The notes under the pieces: model-generated
Databases searched by the model: none
The model's input: only the letters and a program-made list of their open reading frames with translations
What the model was told of the DNA's origin: nothing
In this document: piece after piece, positions 26,867 through 41,820 of the stretch
How positions within the stretch are numbered: the first letter of the stretch is position 1
Layout of the letters: each line of letters starts with the position of its first letter
Position numbers and translations under genes: made by a program
Origin: Octopus sinensis
Taxonomy: Eukaryota
Assembly (NCBI RefSeq): GCF_006345805.1
Contig: NW_021833921.1
Coordinates: 1-52,918 of the forward strand
Direction of reading: 5' to 3'
DNA: 52,918 nt

Positions 26867-27659
26867 AAAGTGAACCCTAAAACGCGGTTCGCTCCCTCAT
26901 CTTTTCTGGCTCTTGCAGCACCCGGTGATGGACGTGTATTGGCAGTCTCTCTGAGGACTTCTCACCAACCAAGCAGCGAACCCGACAAATCGTTCGACTA
27001 ACAAACAAGAAAGCGAGCAACCAGTGCTGCAGATTCGGCTGTCGGTTTCCCGCCACAGAACACGTGCACCAGTTCTACATTACGACCAGAAATAAACAAC
27101 CGTTTTGCTGTGTTCGTAGATCGCCTGACTTTTCTGTTATTTTAGCTAAAATTGACTGTGACGGGATCAGATCGGACACCCCTCCAGTGATACCGAAACT
27201 GATCCTGTTGCAATATACATCCTTGTATGTTGGCATTATTACCCGGGAACGGAATCGAAAAAACAAAATAAATGGAACTGGTGTAAAAAAAAAAAGAGGG
27301 TAGGGAACGAATCTGAGAACAAAAAGGCCCGGAAAGCAACGGGGGTGGGGAGAGACCTTCGGAACATTCACAAGATCCGACGTTTTTTTCACATAACTTT
27401 AAAATGGGTTTTTATAAATGAAATTTTATATAAATACCTTTCAGACGGTATAGATTAGGATTATAAAGAAATTTGTGGGGAAAATCTTTTCCGAGGGGGT
27501 GTGGAGAGGACGTCGGATGATTCCCTCGTAACTTTGAGAAAAATATAATCCTTTTAATGTTATAAAGTAGGATTTTCGTCATGAACTTCGATGCTAAACA
27601 TCCCTTTGAAGGGTTCAGGTCTTTACTTCTACCGAGTTTATATATATTATATATATGAA

Positions 27660-27742
27660 ATACTTAGAAGTATTTTGTCTATCTTTACGTTTTCAGTTCA
27701 AATTCCGCCAAGGTCGATTTTACCCTTCATCCTTTCGGGGTG
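27660..27742 (+). mobile_element. SINE fragment at the breakpoint of the inverted duplication
   Basis: GTTCAAATTCCGCCAAGGTCGATTTTACCCTTCATCCTTTCGGGGT joins directly to GAGAGGAGAAATAT (ZNF 5' region). Confidence 0.65.
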
Positions 27743-27813
27743 AGAGGAGAAATATTTTTGAAAAGTTGTTGATCTGTACAACTTGAAGGATTGATTATAT
27801 TTTTCTTGAAGAG

Positions 27814-28672
<859 letters not shown>

Positions 28673-29814
28673 AAACCATACCCCTGTGATATCTATGGTA
28701 AGACGTTCTCTGGAAACAGTCACTTAACTATACACAAATGCATTAACACTCAAGTAAAATCAATTCACAGTGATATCTGTGGTAAATCATTTACACAAAA
28801 TCATTTCTGATTTAAACAGGAGTCTTTCCTTATGAAGTGGGTCCATAACACAGTGATATTTGTTGTATAACATTTCCTCAGAAGGACAAAGGACGTATCT
28901 CATAAAGACATCCACAGAATATAGAAACTATATGAATGTGACATCTATGGTAAATCTTTGACATGAAATCATCCATTATTGAATCAAAAGAGCATTGACA
29001 GAGGAAGGAAAACATATCACTGTGATGTTAAACCTGAATCATTCTTTCAAAATGGTGAATTGTTTGTACACAGTCCTTTTAATATGAAAGATATAACTGT
29101 AATCTAAGCTATTTGTGCTAAATCAATCTATGAAAATGATCAATAATTGAAATGTAAATGCATTGATACAGAAGAGGAACCACGATGATGATGATCCTCA
29201 TCAATTAACATTCTCCTATTCATGCTTCTGTGGATCAGATGGAATTCATTGATGCAGATTTTCTAAATCTGGGTCCCTTTCTTGTGACCAATCTTCACCT
29301 GTTTCCAAGCAAGGAAATATCTTCCCTGGTGAGACATATTTTACACAGAGGACTGGAAGTGAACAACTGCACAAGTATGACGGTCATGATCTCCCTTTAC
29401 GAACATCACATAATATCTGGACATGGGTACACACACATACAGACGCATGTATGTCTGAAGAATTTCTTATAGGAAATATCTTACATGTTTTCTACACATC
29501 TAAAAGTTTTTGATTCCTATTAGGAAATGAAACACATGTAATGCTGAATAAATAATATCAAACTTTTCTCCGGTCTCCTTATGTGATTTGTAATTACCTT
29601 GCAAAAAATATTATCCAAACCTCCCACAAAAATAATGTACGTGTAATATAATTTTGGAAGGTGGGTGATGTTCTGATGGAGAGATTAAAGAAAGGTAGAG
29701 AGAGACAGATGATGGTGGTGGTTGTGATGGTGAATACAGAGTGAAAAGTAATGTTTTTTTTTCACTTGAACTGATGTGTTACATTATATTGTGACCCCTA
29801 TATTTTACATATAA

Positions 29815-32800
29815 GGAACACTGACGGGGTTGGTGGCGTGGGTATACTTATCGCTGAGAAATGGGTAGATAAAGTAATTGAGGTAATCAGAGTATGTGAC
29901 AATACTTAAGATTAGATTAGTGCTTCATCATGGATTAGCAACCATGATATCGGCCTATGCTCCTCAGCCGGGGTTACCTGATGGACAGAAAGACCGATTC
30001 TATGACACTCTGTTGCAGACTACCTCGTTGACGAATGACAGACCTTCTCTTTGTGGCTGGTGACTTCAATAGTCACATTGGACGACATGCTGGGGGCTTC
30101 CATGGCGTACATGGAGGCTATGGCTATGGTTCCCGCAACGAGGAGGGAACCAGGCTGCTGGAGTTCCGCGATGCAAATAATCTTATGATTTGCAATACTA
30201 ACTTCAGGAAACCTACCAGCCACCTAGTCACCTACCGATCGGGCCAACATACCAGCCAAATTGACTACATCCTTGCCAGGCAAAGGGAGAGATGGCTACT
30301 TATAAATGCCAAAACCTTCCCAGGCGAAGAATGTACCCCACAACATAGACTGGTAGTTAGTGACTTTAGGATCAGGACTAAGAGGACGACCAACATGGAG
30401 AAGAAGGATCTTGAAGCGTAGAGATCCTACGAATGGACAGAGATTTAGGGACATGCTACTTGAAGCTTTTGACGAAGTAGAAGGGGATAGAGTCCCCTCT
30501 CGTCCCAAAGTAACGTGGTGGTGGAACAGTGTTGTAGACAGGGCTATTAGAGAAAAGAGACAGACTTAGAAGGACTGGAAGAATGGTGGTAGCAGGGAAT
30601 TGTATCAGACTGCTAAAAGGGAAGCTAGGAGACAGGTCTATCTAGCCAGAGGGGAAGCAGATAAGAAAAAATTTGCCAATGTTCTGTGCCGTGACGACCA
30701 AGGACTGGAGGTGTTTTGCGTTACAAGACAGTGTGTGAGAGAGAATTGTGATGTGGTAGGAGAGAAGTGTGTTCGCATGGTAGATGTTTCACTTGCGCTA
30801 AATGAGGATGCAAAGAGAGAGGTTTGGAGACGCCACTATGAAAGATTGCTGAATAAAGAAAATGAATGGGATAAAGAGAGTCTGCCGAATGTTGACCCAA
30901 CAGAGGGACCAGCTATCAGAGTTGATAGTTCCTTGGTAGTTAAGGCAATTAGAGGCATGAAGACAGGGAAAGCCCCAGGCCCATCAGGTATCACTGCAGA
31001 GATGCTCAAAATATCTGGTAGTGTCGGCTATAGCCTAGTCACCCATATAGTTAATCAGGTGATACACGAAGGAGTCATACCCAATGACTGGTGTAGCAGC
31101 ATAATAGTCAACTGTTACAAAGGTAAGGGTGACGCCCTAGATACAAATTATTACAGAGGTATCAAGCTGTTGGATCAGGTGATGAAGGTTACAGAGAGGG
31201 TCATAACCCAACTAATTAGAGAGAGAGTTAGTTTAGATGAGATGCAGTTTGGGTTCGTGCCAGGGAAAAGTACCACTGATGCTATATTCCTGGTAAGGCA
31301 GCTGCAGGAGAAATACCTAGCCAAAGATAAGCCCCTGTACCTGGTTTTCGTTGACATGGAGAAAGCCTTTGACAGGGTCCCCCGATACCTCATCTGGTGG
31401 TCAATGAGGAAACTAGGGATAGATGAATGGTTAGTGAGAGCTGTGCAAGCCATGTACAGGGACGCTGCTAGTAAGGTGAGGGTTGGCAACGAGTACAGTG
31501 AAGAATTCCGGGTAGAGGTAGGGGTCCACCAAGGCTCAGTCCTCAGCCCCCTCCTATTTATCATAGTCCTACAGGCAATAACGGAGGAATTCAAGACAGG
31601 ATGCCCCTGGGAGCTCCTCTATGCTGGTGACCTTGCTCTAATTGCTGAGTCACTATCAGAACTGGAGGAGAAGTTTCAGGTGTGGAAGCAAGGTTTAGAA
31701 TCGAAGGGCCTTAGAGTCAATCTAGCTAAAACCAAAGTCGTAATAAGTAGGAAGGTAGACAAATCACAAATGCCTTCAGGTAGATGGCCCTGCTCGATTT
31801 GTAGAAAAGGTGTAGGTAGAAACTCTATAAGATGCACCAAGTGTAATTTATGGACACATAGGAGGTGCAGCAATGTCAAAGGAAGGCTAACTAGGAAGAT
31901 GGTTTTTGTATGTGGCAGATGCTCGGGAGCATTAACCTCTGAAAATCTGCAGAAAACAACTTCCGTCACTTTTCAGGGGGAAAAACTAGAAGTAGTTGAT
32001 AGCTTCCGTTATCTTGGTGACCAAGTCAGTAGTGGGGGTGGGTGGGCTGAAAGTGTAACGGCTAGAGTAAGAATAGCCTTGGCAAAGATTAGGGAGCTCT
32101 TACCTCTGCTGGTGACTAAAGGCCTCTCGCTCAGAGTAAAAGGCAGACTGTATGATGCATGTGTATGAACAGCCATGCTACATGGGCCGTGACTGCTGAG
32201 GACATGCGTAAGCTCGCAAGAAATGAAGCCAATATGCGCCGATGGATGTGTAATGTCAGTGTGCATGCTCGACAGAGCGTTAGTACCTTGAGAGAAAAGT
32301 TGGACCTAAGAAGCATCAGTTGTGGTGTGCAAGAGAGACGATTGCGCTGGTATGGTCATGTGGCGAGAATGGATGAAGATAGGTGTGTGAAAAAGTGCCA
32401 ATCCCTAGCAGTGGAGGGAACCCATGGAAGAGGTAGACCCAGGAAAACTTGAGACAAGGTGGTGAAGCACGACCTTCGAACTTTAGGCCTCACTGAGGAA
32501 ATGACCAGCGACCGAGACCTTTGGAAATATGCTGTGCATGAAAAGACCAGGCAGGACAAGTGAGCCCAGCCCACTTATGCATGCCTTTCCTCCCTTGGAC
32601 ACACAAAGACCTGTTGAGGCAAGTGAAGTCGATATCGAACCTCATCCGATGACAGGCACCTATGCCAACCCCCCTTTGCTTGCGAAGACCTGTTGGGGCA
32701 AGTGAAATCGAAATTGAACCAATCCTATGATTGGCACCCGGCAGATGCCAGGAACCCTGGACTGGAGATACGTAAAAAGCACTACCTGAATCGTGGCCAA

Positions 32801-33148
32801 AGCCAGTGCCGCCTCGACTGGCTTCCGTGTCAGTGGCACGTAAAAAGCACCATCCGAATCATGGCCGAAGCCAGTGCCGCCTCGACTGGCTTCCGTGCAG
32901 GTGGCACGTAAAATGCACCAATCCGACCATGGCCGATGCCAGCCTCGCCTGGTACCAGTGCAGGTGGCACGTAAAAAGCACCCACTACACTCATGGAGTG
33001 GTTGGCATTAGGAAGGGCATCCAGCTGTAGAAACTTTGCCAGATAAAACCGGAGCCTGGTGCAGCCTTTTGGCTTCCCAGATCCCCGGTCGAACCATCCA
33101 ACCCGTGCTAGCATGGATAACGCACGTTAAACGATTATGATGATGATG
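29815..33148 (+). mobile_element. RTE-clade LINE, copy 2 (5'-truncated, inactivated) inserted in the 3' flank of ZNF B
   Basis: Colinear with 268-3060. ORF 30600-32168 has YAGD instead of YADD. It has a (GAT)n tail and is absent from the paralogous sites at ~21400 and ~46880. Confidence 0.93.
32770..32990 (+). repeat. ~62-bp tandem modules in the RTE 3' UTR
   Basis: About 4 units of (GGTGGC)ACGTAAAAAGCACC..GAATCATGGCCGAAGCCAGTGCCGCCTCGACTGGCTTCCGTG. Confidence 0.8.
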
Positions 33149-34516
33149 TAATTTTTTTACTATACACTTCTCGTGTTTTAGATAAGAAATTGTGCCCATG
33201 TAAATTTTAAAATGTAATTTTTTTCTGTTTATGAGAAAACTGGAAAAATATAAGCGAATATTTATTTTATGATTGCTGTGTCTATAAAATTGTGCATAAA
33301 GTGTATTAAGTAATTACCGTATTCCAATTTCCTTCAGTTTTCAGTGAGTAGCAGATGAGCGACTATCTTTTGATGCAGACACAATACAGGCTCCACTTTA
33401 GAGTATTTTGGTTTCAGGAATAACCCAATCCATTGCCTCACTAGACACCGAGGCCATGACTAGTGACCAGGAACTTTTGTTTTTGGAAATGGATAAACAG
33501 CTTAAAGATTATATAAATATATATTTATAAAATTAAAGACTTAAATCTGTACAAGATGCAAAGCAAAAGAAAAGAATTCAATTAAGAATGCATCTGGTGA
33601 AAGAATATTGGTTTAAAAAACATACGACATAAAAATGATAACAATGAATACTATAAGGAATATGAGGGAGATAGGGTGAATCCTTTCTTTTTGACAATGG
33701 TCGGGCATTGTCTTGTTGGAAGACTAATGCTTTTCTGTTGGTAATCTCCAGCCGCAGTTCTTTGATATATTTTGGTTCAAATTAGCCAGTTGACGACAGA
33801 ACACATCAGAATTAATGGTCTGGTTTTATGGGAGAAGGTCATAATAAACAATGCCTTTATGATCTCACCAAACACAAAGCACAGGTGTGTTGCCATGGAT
33901 ATTCATCTTTGGTTGCTTGGGGGATATTTCTTCAAACTCTAGAATCAGTTTTGCACAACATTAAGCATGCAATCCATTTTTCATCTCCAGTCACAAGTCG
34001 TTTCCAAAAAAGGGCATGCTTTCTTTCCATTTCAAAAGCATATCCCAAATGGAATACTGGTCCCAGCAATTCTTTTCTGAGTGTTTCAAGCACCCATATA
34101 TTAGAATAAGATAGAAAGAGGGACAGAGAGAAGTGTACATAATATGTGATAGGGGAAACATATAATATTTATTACATCGTTAAAAACGTTAGTTGAAGTT
34201 GATGATATAGAGAAGTTAGCAATATAATTTTAGCAGAGTGGTGATGTTCTGATGGTGAGATTTAAGGCACAGAGATAGAGAGATGATGGTTGTGGTGGAG
34301 GAAATAGTGATGGACAGTGCATAGTTAAAAGTAATTTGTTTTTAATTGAACAAAGTTTTTTATGTCACTTATTTGCAGAATCGTATGTATTTCTGTGTAA
34401 AAAGTACAAAATCACAATAATTTGATTTTTCTCCCCACTTTTTTTACATGAACAAAACGACAGCTTCCAAATATTGTTTTCTAAATGGGTAAGAAAGATC
34501 AAACTTTAAACCACAG

Positions 34517-36945
34517 TGTTACACATTCATATCTATGTGTATACACAGGTATACGTATGTAGAATACATCCGCACTTTTGGCACTATTTTGTTAGTAACA
34601 GTACGAACTGTGTCTAAAGTATATATGTATCACTACGCTGAATGTAGTCCAGTTTGTGTAACATGAAAAAGTAAATAAACACGTAAAACAATAACAATGG
34701 CTTCATATTGGTTGTCTATCCCATTAGAACGAAATAACACATAACATGGTGGCAGCGGTGGGATAATTAATCGGAAACTGTGCCTTTACAACAAAACAGA
34801 AACACAACGAACCAGAAATTAACAAACAAAACATCGCTTCGTCTTCGGACACACATACACGAGGATCAAAAATGGCGACCCCCGTCACCGTACAGATGAA
34901 TTTACATCCAATCATGAACTGGGACTCCGATGATATCGCGGAAGCGTTTAAGAAATTTAAACAGAAAACTCAACTAGCTTTCAAAAGTTTCCTGAAAGGC
35001 ACGACTGAAGATGAAAAGGTAAGCTATATCCTTTTATGGACGGGAGAAAAAGGCATAGACTTATTCAATAGCTGGGACATGTCAGAATCGGATTGCAATA
35101 ACCCAGACACACTTTTAGAGAAATTTGAAAGGCACCTAGAGCCCAGATCGAACCATAAAATTCACAGATTCAAATTCCAGGGCCTAAAACAAGACCAACA
35201 AGAAACGATTGACAATTTCCTGTCCAGACTAAAGAATGTTGCTGAAAAATGCAAATTCAAAGATAAGGACAAAAGAATTGTTGATCAACTAATATGGGGG
35301 TGTGCTCATAAAGAAGTTCAGAAATCCCTCATAGGTAAGGACGCTCTCCAGTTGATAGAAGCAGTAGACACTGCAAGAACATTCGAAGCCACTACCAAAC
35401 AAATGGCCTCACTTACCTTACAAACAAGCTCACTAGGCAGCAGTGTAGATATTGCATCTAGGCACAGGACGAAACATACCCGCAAACAAAGAACATGCCA
35501 GTACTGTGGTACAGAGCATGAGTTCGACAACCGGAAGAAATGTCCTGCATTCGGTATACACTGCAAAGCATGTGGAAAACTTAACCACTGCAAAAAAATG
35601 TGTAGGTTGACAAAATCCCAGAAAAACAAGCCCCAACTTTCAAAGAGGAGCGGAAATAGAAGAAGAGATATACATGCCCAACGACAGGAACAAAACACCT
35701 CAGAGGAGGAATTCTTGGCAGTCGGCACAATAAATGTGCATGAGATGGGAAATGGCGACAAGAAAAAAAATGAGGCATACACAACAATAAGAATACAAAA
35801 GAAGTCTGGCAAGAAACGAATAAACATTGACTTAAGGCTGAAGATTGAGACTGGAGCCCAGAGTGATATCTTGCCTGTCAACCTCCACAAAAAGATGTTC
35901 CCAGAACACATGACACAAGAGGATAAAGTCAAAGAAGGAATCCTCACACCAAGTGATGTAATCCTCACTGCGTACGGAGGTACCAGGATTCCACAACTGG
36001 GCAAAACAACAATCACAGGGACACACAAAGGAAAAACAATCAAGTGTTCTTTTTATGTCACAACAACAGAAGGTCCAGCAATTCTTGGACTCAATACCTG
36101 CAAAAAGCTAAATATTGTGTCAATCAATGGTGAAGTGAAGGCAACTCCGAGCAGGATTGACAGAGATATGCCTATCAAAGACCGACCACCAATCACAAAC
36201 AAAGAGGAACTGATAAGCATGTACCCTGAATGCTTTGACGATACAGTCGGGTGCTTTGTGAAATGTAGATACCATATAACAGTCGACCCCAATATCAAAC
36301 CAATTGTTCACCCACCTCGCCGCGTCCCTCTAGAACTAAAAGAGAAGCTGAAGACAGAGTTGGACAGAATGGAAAAAAAAAAATCACCAAAGTGACACGA
36401 CCAACAGACAGGGTGAATTCAATTGTAATCAAGGAAAAACCCAATGGTAGCCTACGGATATGCCTCGACCCAAGGGACCTGAACAAGGCATTAAAAAGAG
36501 AGTACCATCCAATTCGAACCCTTGAAGAAATCACACCATCATTGACTGGGTCCAAATTATTCCGCAAACTGGATGCCAGCAATGGGTACTGGAATGTAAA
36601 GATAGACAAAGTCATCCATGCTCACTACCTTCAACACACAATTTTGGCAGATATCGATTCAACCGACTCCCATTTGGATTGAAGGTGAGCCAAGATGTTT
36701 TCCAGCGCCAAATAGATGAGACCTACCAAGGCTGCAAGGGAGCAATTGGAATAGCAGATGACATCCAAGTGCATGGCAAGGATGAGACCACACATGACTT
36801 CAATTTACATGAAGCTATGGAGAAAACCCGACAAGCAGGCATCAAACTCAATGCGGACAAGTGTGTGATCAAAGCAAAGGAGTGCAAATTCTTTGGAATT
36901 ATATACTCTGCAGTGGGAGTGAAACCAGACCCTGCTAAAGTGGAA
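34517..36945 (+). mobile_element. Gypsy copy B: 5' LTR (34517-34746), tRNA-Leu PBS (34747-34764), gag-PR-RT truncated in RT
   Basis: TG...CA LTR. TGGTGGCAGCGGTGGGAT is complementary to the ..AUCCCACCGCUGCCACCA 3' end of metazoan tRNA-Leu (from recall). ORF 34872-36395 has two Cys/His knuckles. Frameshifted RT continues to 36945. Confidence 0.92.
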
Positions 36946-37131
36946 CATATCTATCGTAATAACACCTCCTGGACATTGCGTCTGTCCTAGACACACACCA
37001 ATATACATGTCAATGACACTAGATATCTGATGGTTTCACCTCAGTCACGTGTCGTATTAACACAGCTTCTTTTGTTAACATAGACATCACTCCTCCTCTG
37101 CCTCCTTCTGTACATTTGTAAATACACAAGA

Positions 37132-38270
37132 AAGAAACTATATGAATGTGATATCAATGGTAAGCCTTTCATTTAAAATGATCCATTAACGAATCAAAAG
37201 AGCATTGACAGAGGAAGGAAAACATATCACTGTGATAGCAGTGCTTAATCATTTTATCAAAATGGAGAATTATACAGTCATATTAATATGAAAGATAAAG
37301 CATACCCTAAGACATTTGTGCTAAATCAATCTATGAAAATGATCAATTATTAAAACATAACTGCATTCATACAGAAGAGGAACCATATCACTACAATGAT
37401 GATAATCATCATCATTTAAAATTCGCTTTTCCATGCATCTGTCTATCTGATGGAATTCATTGATGGAGATTTTCCTGAGCTGGGTACCCTTTCTTGTCAC
37501 CAATCCTCACCTGTTTCCAAACAAGGAAATATTTTCCCTGGTGAGACATATTTTACGCAGAGGACTGGAAATGAAGAACTGCACAAGTATAACGGTCATG
37601 ATGGCCATTTACGGACATCACATAATATCTGGACACACACACACACATGTATATATGAAGAATTTCTTATAAGAGATATTTTACATATTTTCTCTTTGTC
37701 TAAAAGTTTGTAATTCCTATTAGGAAATGAAACACATGTAATGCTGAATAAATTCTATCAAACTGTTTTCCAGTCTCCTTATGTGATATGTAATTACTCT
37801 GCAAAAAATATTATCCAAACCTCAGACAAAAATAATATTTATGTATATATATAATAACCAGCTGTTATGCTTTCATCAGATTAGTGGAATAAATGAGGGG
37901 TGGGGACAGAAGTGGAGAAAAGGGAGGGAGAAATAGAGTAAGGTGATCTTATAATAATTCTGCTTCTCATTCTGTTACTTAGCTCGTCAGTAACACTTTC
38001 ACGTTATTAGAGAAAAGGGGGGTAGAGAGAGAAAAGATGATAAGACAAAGAGTGAGGCAAATAGAGAAAGAAAGAAAAGGGAGAGACAAAAATACTAAGA
38101 AAGAAGCAAGCATGACATGTGATGGGGGGAATGTAATAGTTATTTTATGTTTAAAAGAGCTAGCTGAAGTTTGTGATATAGAGAATAGTTAGAAATATAA
38201 TCTTAGCAGAGGGGTGATGTTCTGATGTTGATATTAAAGAAAGGCACAGAAAGAGAGAGATGATGGTGGT
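37132..38270 (+). repeat. Orphan, more diverged copy of the ZNF 3' flank without coding fingers
   Basis: Colinear with 28925-29720 (GAAACTATATGAATGTGA..., GAATCAAAAGAGCATTGACAGAGGAAGG..., ATTCCTATTAGGAAATGAAACACATG). Confidence 0.8.
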
Positions 38271-38651
38271 TTATAGAGACCATCACTCAACACTTGCACT
38301 TCTGTGCAATTATTTATCGTCTTCTCACTTAAGAGATTGATATTTGTTTCTAAGGATTAATTTAGCCTAAACTATGGATTCACAAGAGACACAGTTGCAA
38401 GCTGCCTGAGAAAAGATACACAGATCTAGAGCATGGAACACTAAAAAGATGTAATAAAAAAGAGGAAAAAGATGGCACCGATGGTGTTGTGAGGAATTGG
38501 ATGTAGACAGATGCCAAGTATATTCAAAGAAAGCTAAAACTATGAATGCTATAAAAATGCAAATCATCCTCTCTTTCTTAAATAGGTCCTCTTAATTTTT
38601 TTCATTCTGTAGAATTTACATGGGTCCCACTAGTAATTAATAAGAAACTAA

Positions 38652-38870
38652 AGTGGCGAACTGGCAGGGTCGTTAGCACATTGGGGAAAATGCTTAGCTG
38701 TGGTTCTTCTGGCATGACATTTGCATTTAAATTCTGTCAAGGTGGACTTTGTCTTTCGTCCTTTTGGGGGTTGGTGGAAGTAATCAACAGTTGAGCATTA
38801 GAATCGACATATTCAACTTAACACACACACCCGTGGAATTGCTGGCCTTGTGCCAAAATTTGAAAACAGT
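38652..38870 (+). mobile_element. Decayed tRNA-derived SINE (second family)
   Basis: GGCGAACTGGCAG..TCGTTAGCAC...AAAATGCTTAGC head and GGCCTTGTGCCAAAATTTGAAA tail. Body related to 14420-14610. Confidence 0.55.
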
Positions 38871-38949
38871 ATGAACTTTAATGTCGACTTCTTGCTCTTG
38901 CCTGTGATAATGCCAGAAGCACGTTGGTTTGCTTCAGTAGGTTCTATTG

Positions 38950-39035
38950 AACCTTGGTGTCTGGCCAACAGAGGAATTCTATCAAAGCCTTTCTCCAGGC
39001 CAACAAGTGCCAAGTATAATGGTTTATTCACGACT
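38950..39035 (-). mobile_element. Short old RTE RT fragment
   Basis: NKPLYLALVGLEKGFDRIP resembles DKPLYLAFVDMEKAFDRVP of the RTE copies. Confidence 0.65.
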
Positions 39036-40930
39036 TAATACTTGTATTGCAGTTGTAAGTAGGCAGACCTATACACACACATATATTACATTAAAAATGA
39101 ACTTCAATTTTGCTTCCAATGTTACATAGCCAAAATGGCACATAATGGGGAAAATACTAAGAATTAAGACTTTCCTGAAATGTGAATACAAATGGAATAA
39201 AACAAGTTTCGCGTGAATTGGACAACTGGTTCTTGAGATATTAGGAGTTTTGTGGGGTATAAATACCCAAAACAGTGCATATTGAGAAAATCCACCAAAA
39301 ATAACTTAACCCTGAAAAGGAAGAATTTCTAGCTTTTCGGTTAGACACATTATGACTAACTTGCCAACAAAAAAAGTTGTTTTTACAGGAAATGTTTCTA
39401 CTTTTGCTTTTTTGTATTTATATTTTAGCTTTCTTTAAACAGACAATTTTATTTATTTTTTTATTATTTTCAATTGAATACCATTACAAAAATTGTTTTG
39501 GCATATTTAAAAAATATTTTAAAGTGAAGATGGCTTTAGAAATACTGTAAATATTTCGTAAAAGACCTGTTCATAACCTCACTGAAATAAATTCTTTCCA
39601 TAGGTTTTTTTCCAGTGCATTCAATGTATCTCATCTCCAAAGATTCGGTTACTATTTCTAGCATGCCTTGTTACCATACAACAGCTATTTACGATAAAGG
39701 ACTCAAAATAACTGTTACATGGTAGCAGGGCATGCAAGAAATAGTGGCCGAATCTTTCTTTTTCTAAGGAAAGGAGCCCTTTACGTGTAATTTCAATGTC
39801 ACATACGTTGAAAGCATGTAAAATAACCCAGAAAAAAACAAAATACAAAATAAAACTGTTGGTGGGAAACTCCAAGGTCCCCCCCCTTCTTTTCCAGAAG
39901 AATCTGGCGGGTGGTGGGTTTGGACTGAGCATCGTTGAATGCACTCAAAAAAACGTGTGGAAAAAATTATTTCACACCAAAGTACAAACGGGTCCTTTAT
40001 GAAAAAGAAAGGACGGGTCATTTGAAGCTTTCTGTCCCCTGTAAAGAACCAGATCATCCTCGCAATTTCAGCTGATTAATCTTGAGATTGCTCCAATCTG
40101 GCCAGCCCCAAGGAAATACTAAGCTAAGAGCATCAGATTCCTTGGAAGAAAGCATGGAATGTATACGAAAATAAGGACGGAAAAACAGACGATGTTACAC
40201 AAATATAAATACAAAATACAATAAAAATATTAATAATAATAACAGGACATAACAACAGGTGTCTTTCGACTGGGGACGAATTGAATTCAGCTGGTGTGTG
40301 TGGAAATGAAGCCTTACGGCAGAGATACAGAGCTTTCACAAACACACGGAAGAATATCAATGTTGCACTGACCGTGGTCAGACGCAAAAAGAGGGCTAAC
40401 CATCTGGCCTATCGGTCACATGGGAAAAGAAGAGAGAGAAAAAGAGGAACAAAAGAATTAAGGAGGGGAAAGAGAGGAGAGAGAGTTGTAGAAGCAGATG
40501 AACAGAAGAATTAAGGAGGAGCATATATATATATATATATACACACACATATTGTTATGAAAGTCTTTTCCTTGGGAAGTAAAATAGCGGATTTCATTTG
40601 GGGCATATAGATTTGAACCTGAAAACAGCATTTTCCCACAGAAAAACAGTAGTTGACAACAGTGACACTCCACACATACCCTCTGCCAGGCCAATTGATA
40701 TGTTTTCCTATTTCACCCCTAACCTCTTCTATACCACCAAAAGTCAAAATTAAATGAAGAGTTACCTACATCAGTTTCCTCATTGTTCTCGGCAATATGC
40801 CTCTCTTTCTCGCTATATTGCACTTATAAAATACTAGAATTTCGTAAAGCAAAAGCCAGTTGGTGAAATGAGATGACCAGAGACAGCCATGATACATACA
40901 ACTTTCACCAGCTCATCTTTCTCTAGCAAA

Positions 40931-41510
40931 GGCACAGGAGTGGCTGTGTGGTAAGTAGCTTGCTTACCAACCACATGGTTCTGGGTTCAGTCCCACTGCG
41001 TGGCACCTTGGGCAAGTGTCTTCTACTATAGCCTTGGGCCAACCAAAGCCTTGTGAGTGGATTTGGTAGACAGAAACTGAAAAGAAGCCCATCATATATG
41101 TATATTATATATATATATATATATATAGGCACAGGAGTGGCTGTGTGGTAAGTAGCTTGCTTACCAACCACATGGTTCTGGGTTCAGTCCCACTGCATGA
41201 CACCTTGAGAAAGTGTCTTCTGCTATAGCCTCGGGCCGACCAAAGCCTTGTGAGTGGATTTGGTAGATGGAAACTGAAAAGAAGCTCGTCGTATATATGT
41301 ATATATATATATGTGTGTGTTTGTCCCACCAACAATGCCTGACAACCGATGCTGGTGTGTTTGCGTCTCCGTAATTTAGCGGTTCGGCAAAAGAGACCGA
41401 TAGAATAAGTACTAGGCTTACAAAGAGTAAGTCCTGGGGTCGATTTGCTCAACTAAAGGTGGTGCTCTAGCATGGCCGCAGTCAAATGACTGAAACAAGT
41501 AAAAAAAAAA
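40931..41510 (+). mobile_element. tRNA-derived SINE with tandemly duplicated head (40931-41127 head; 41128-41510 full copy)
   Basis: A box TGGCTGTGTGG, B box GGTTCAGTCC, an internal (TA)n/(TG)n spacer, and the tail shared with 1-116. Confidence 0.85.
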
Positions 41511-41552
41511 GCGACAGGCTTTAAAGAAAGCATCGTTCAGTCTTCCTCCTGA

Positions 41553-41820
41553 AGTGATATGGTTTCTCCCCTGTATGAATTAGTTTGTTTTTAGTTAAGC
41601 TATAGTTTTCAGGGAAAGATTTACCATAGATATCACATTGATATGGTTTCTCCCCTGTATGAATATGCTCGTGTGCAATCAAGTTTCTTGCAGAAGAGAA
41701 TGATTTCCCACAGATATCACAGGAATAAAGTTTCTCCACTGTATGAATTCGTTTGTGTTCATTGAATTTACTTTCTTCTGAGAAGTCATGTGAGGATTGT
41801 CCTAATTCTTCTGTCATCAC
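41553..41820 (-). pseudogene. Truncated C2H2 zinc-finger gene E
   Basis: [41 protein letters not shown]..., breaking off after TGEKPYH. Upstream 41820-42350 is homologous to 23830-24480. Confidence 0.8.

Noticed and set aside
35318-36043. Long ORFs antisense to Gypsy and RTE coding regions
   Set aside because: They are shadow frames of the TE ORFs with no recognisable motifs.
40085-40400. Repeat-like segment, possibly a retroelement terminal region
   Set aside because: Single copy in this window with no diagnostic motif I can support.
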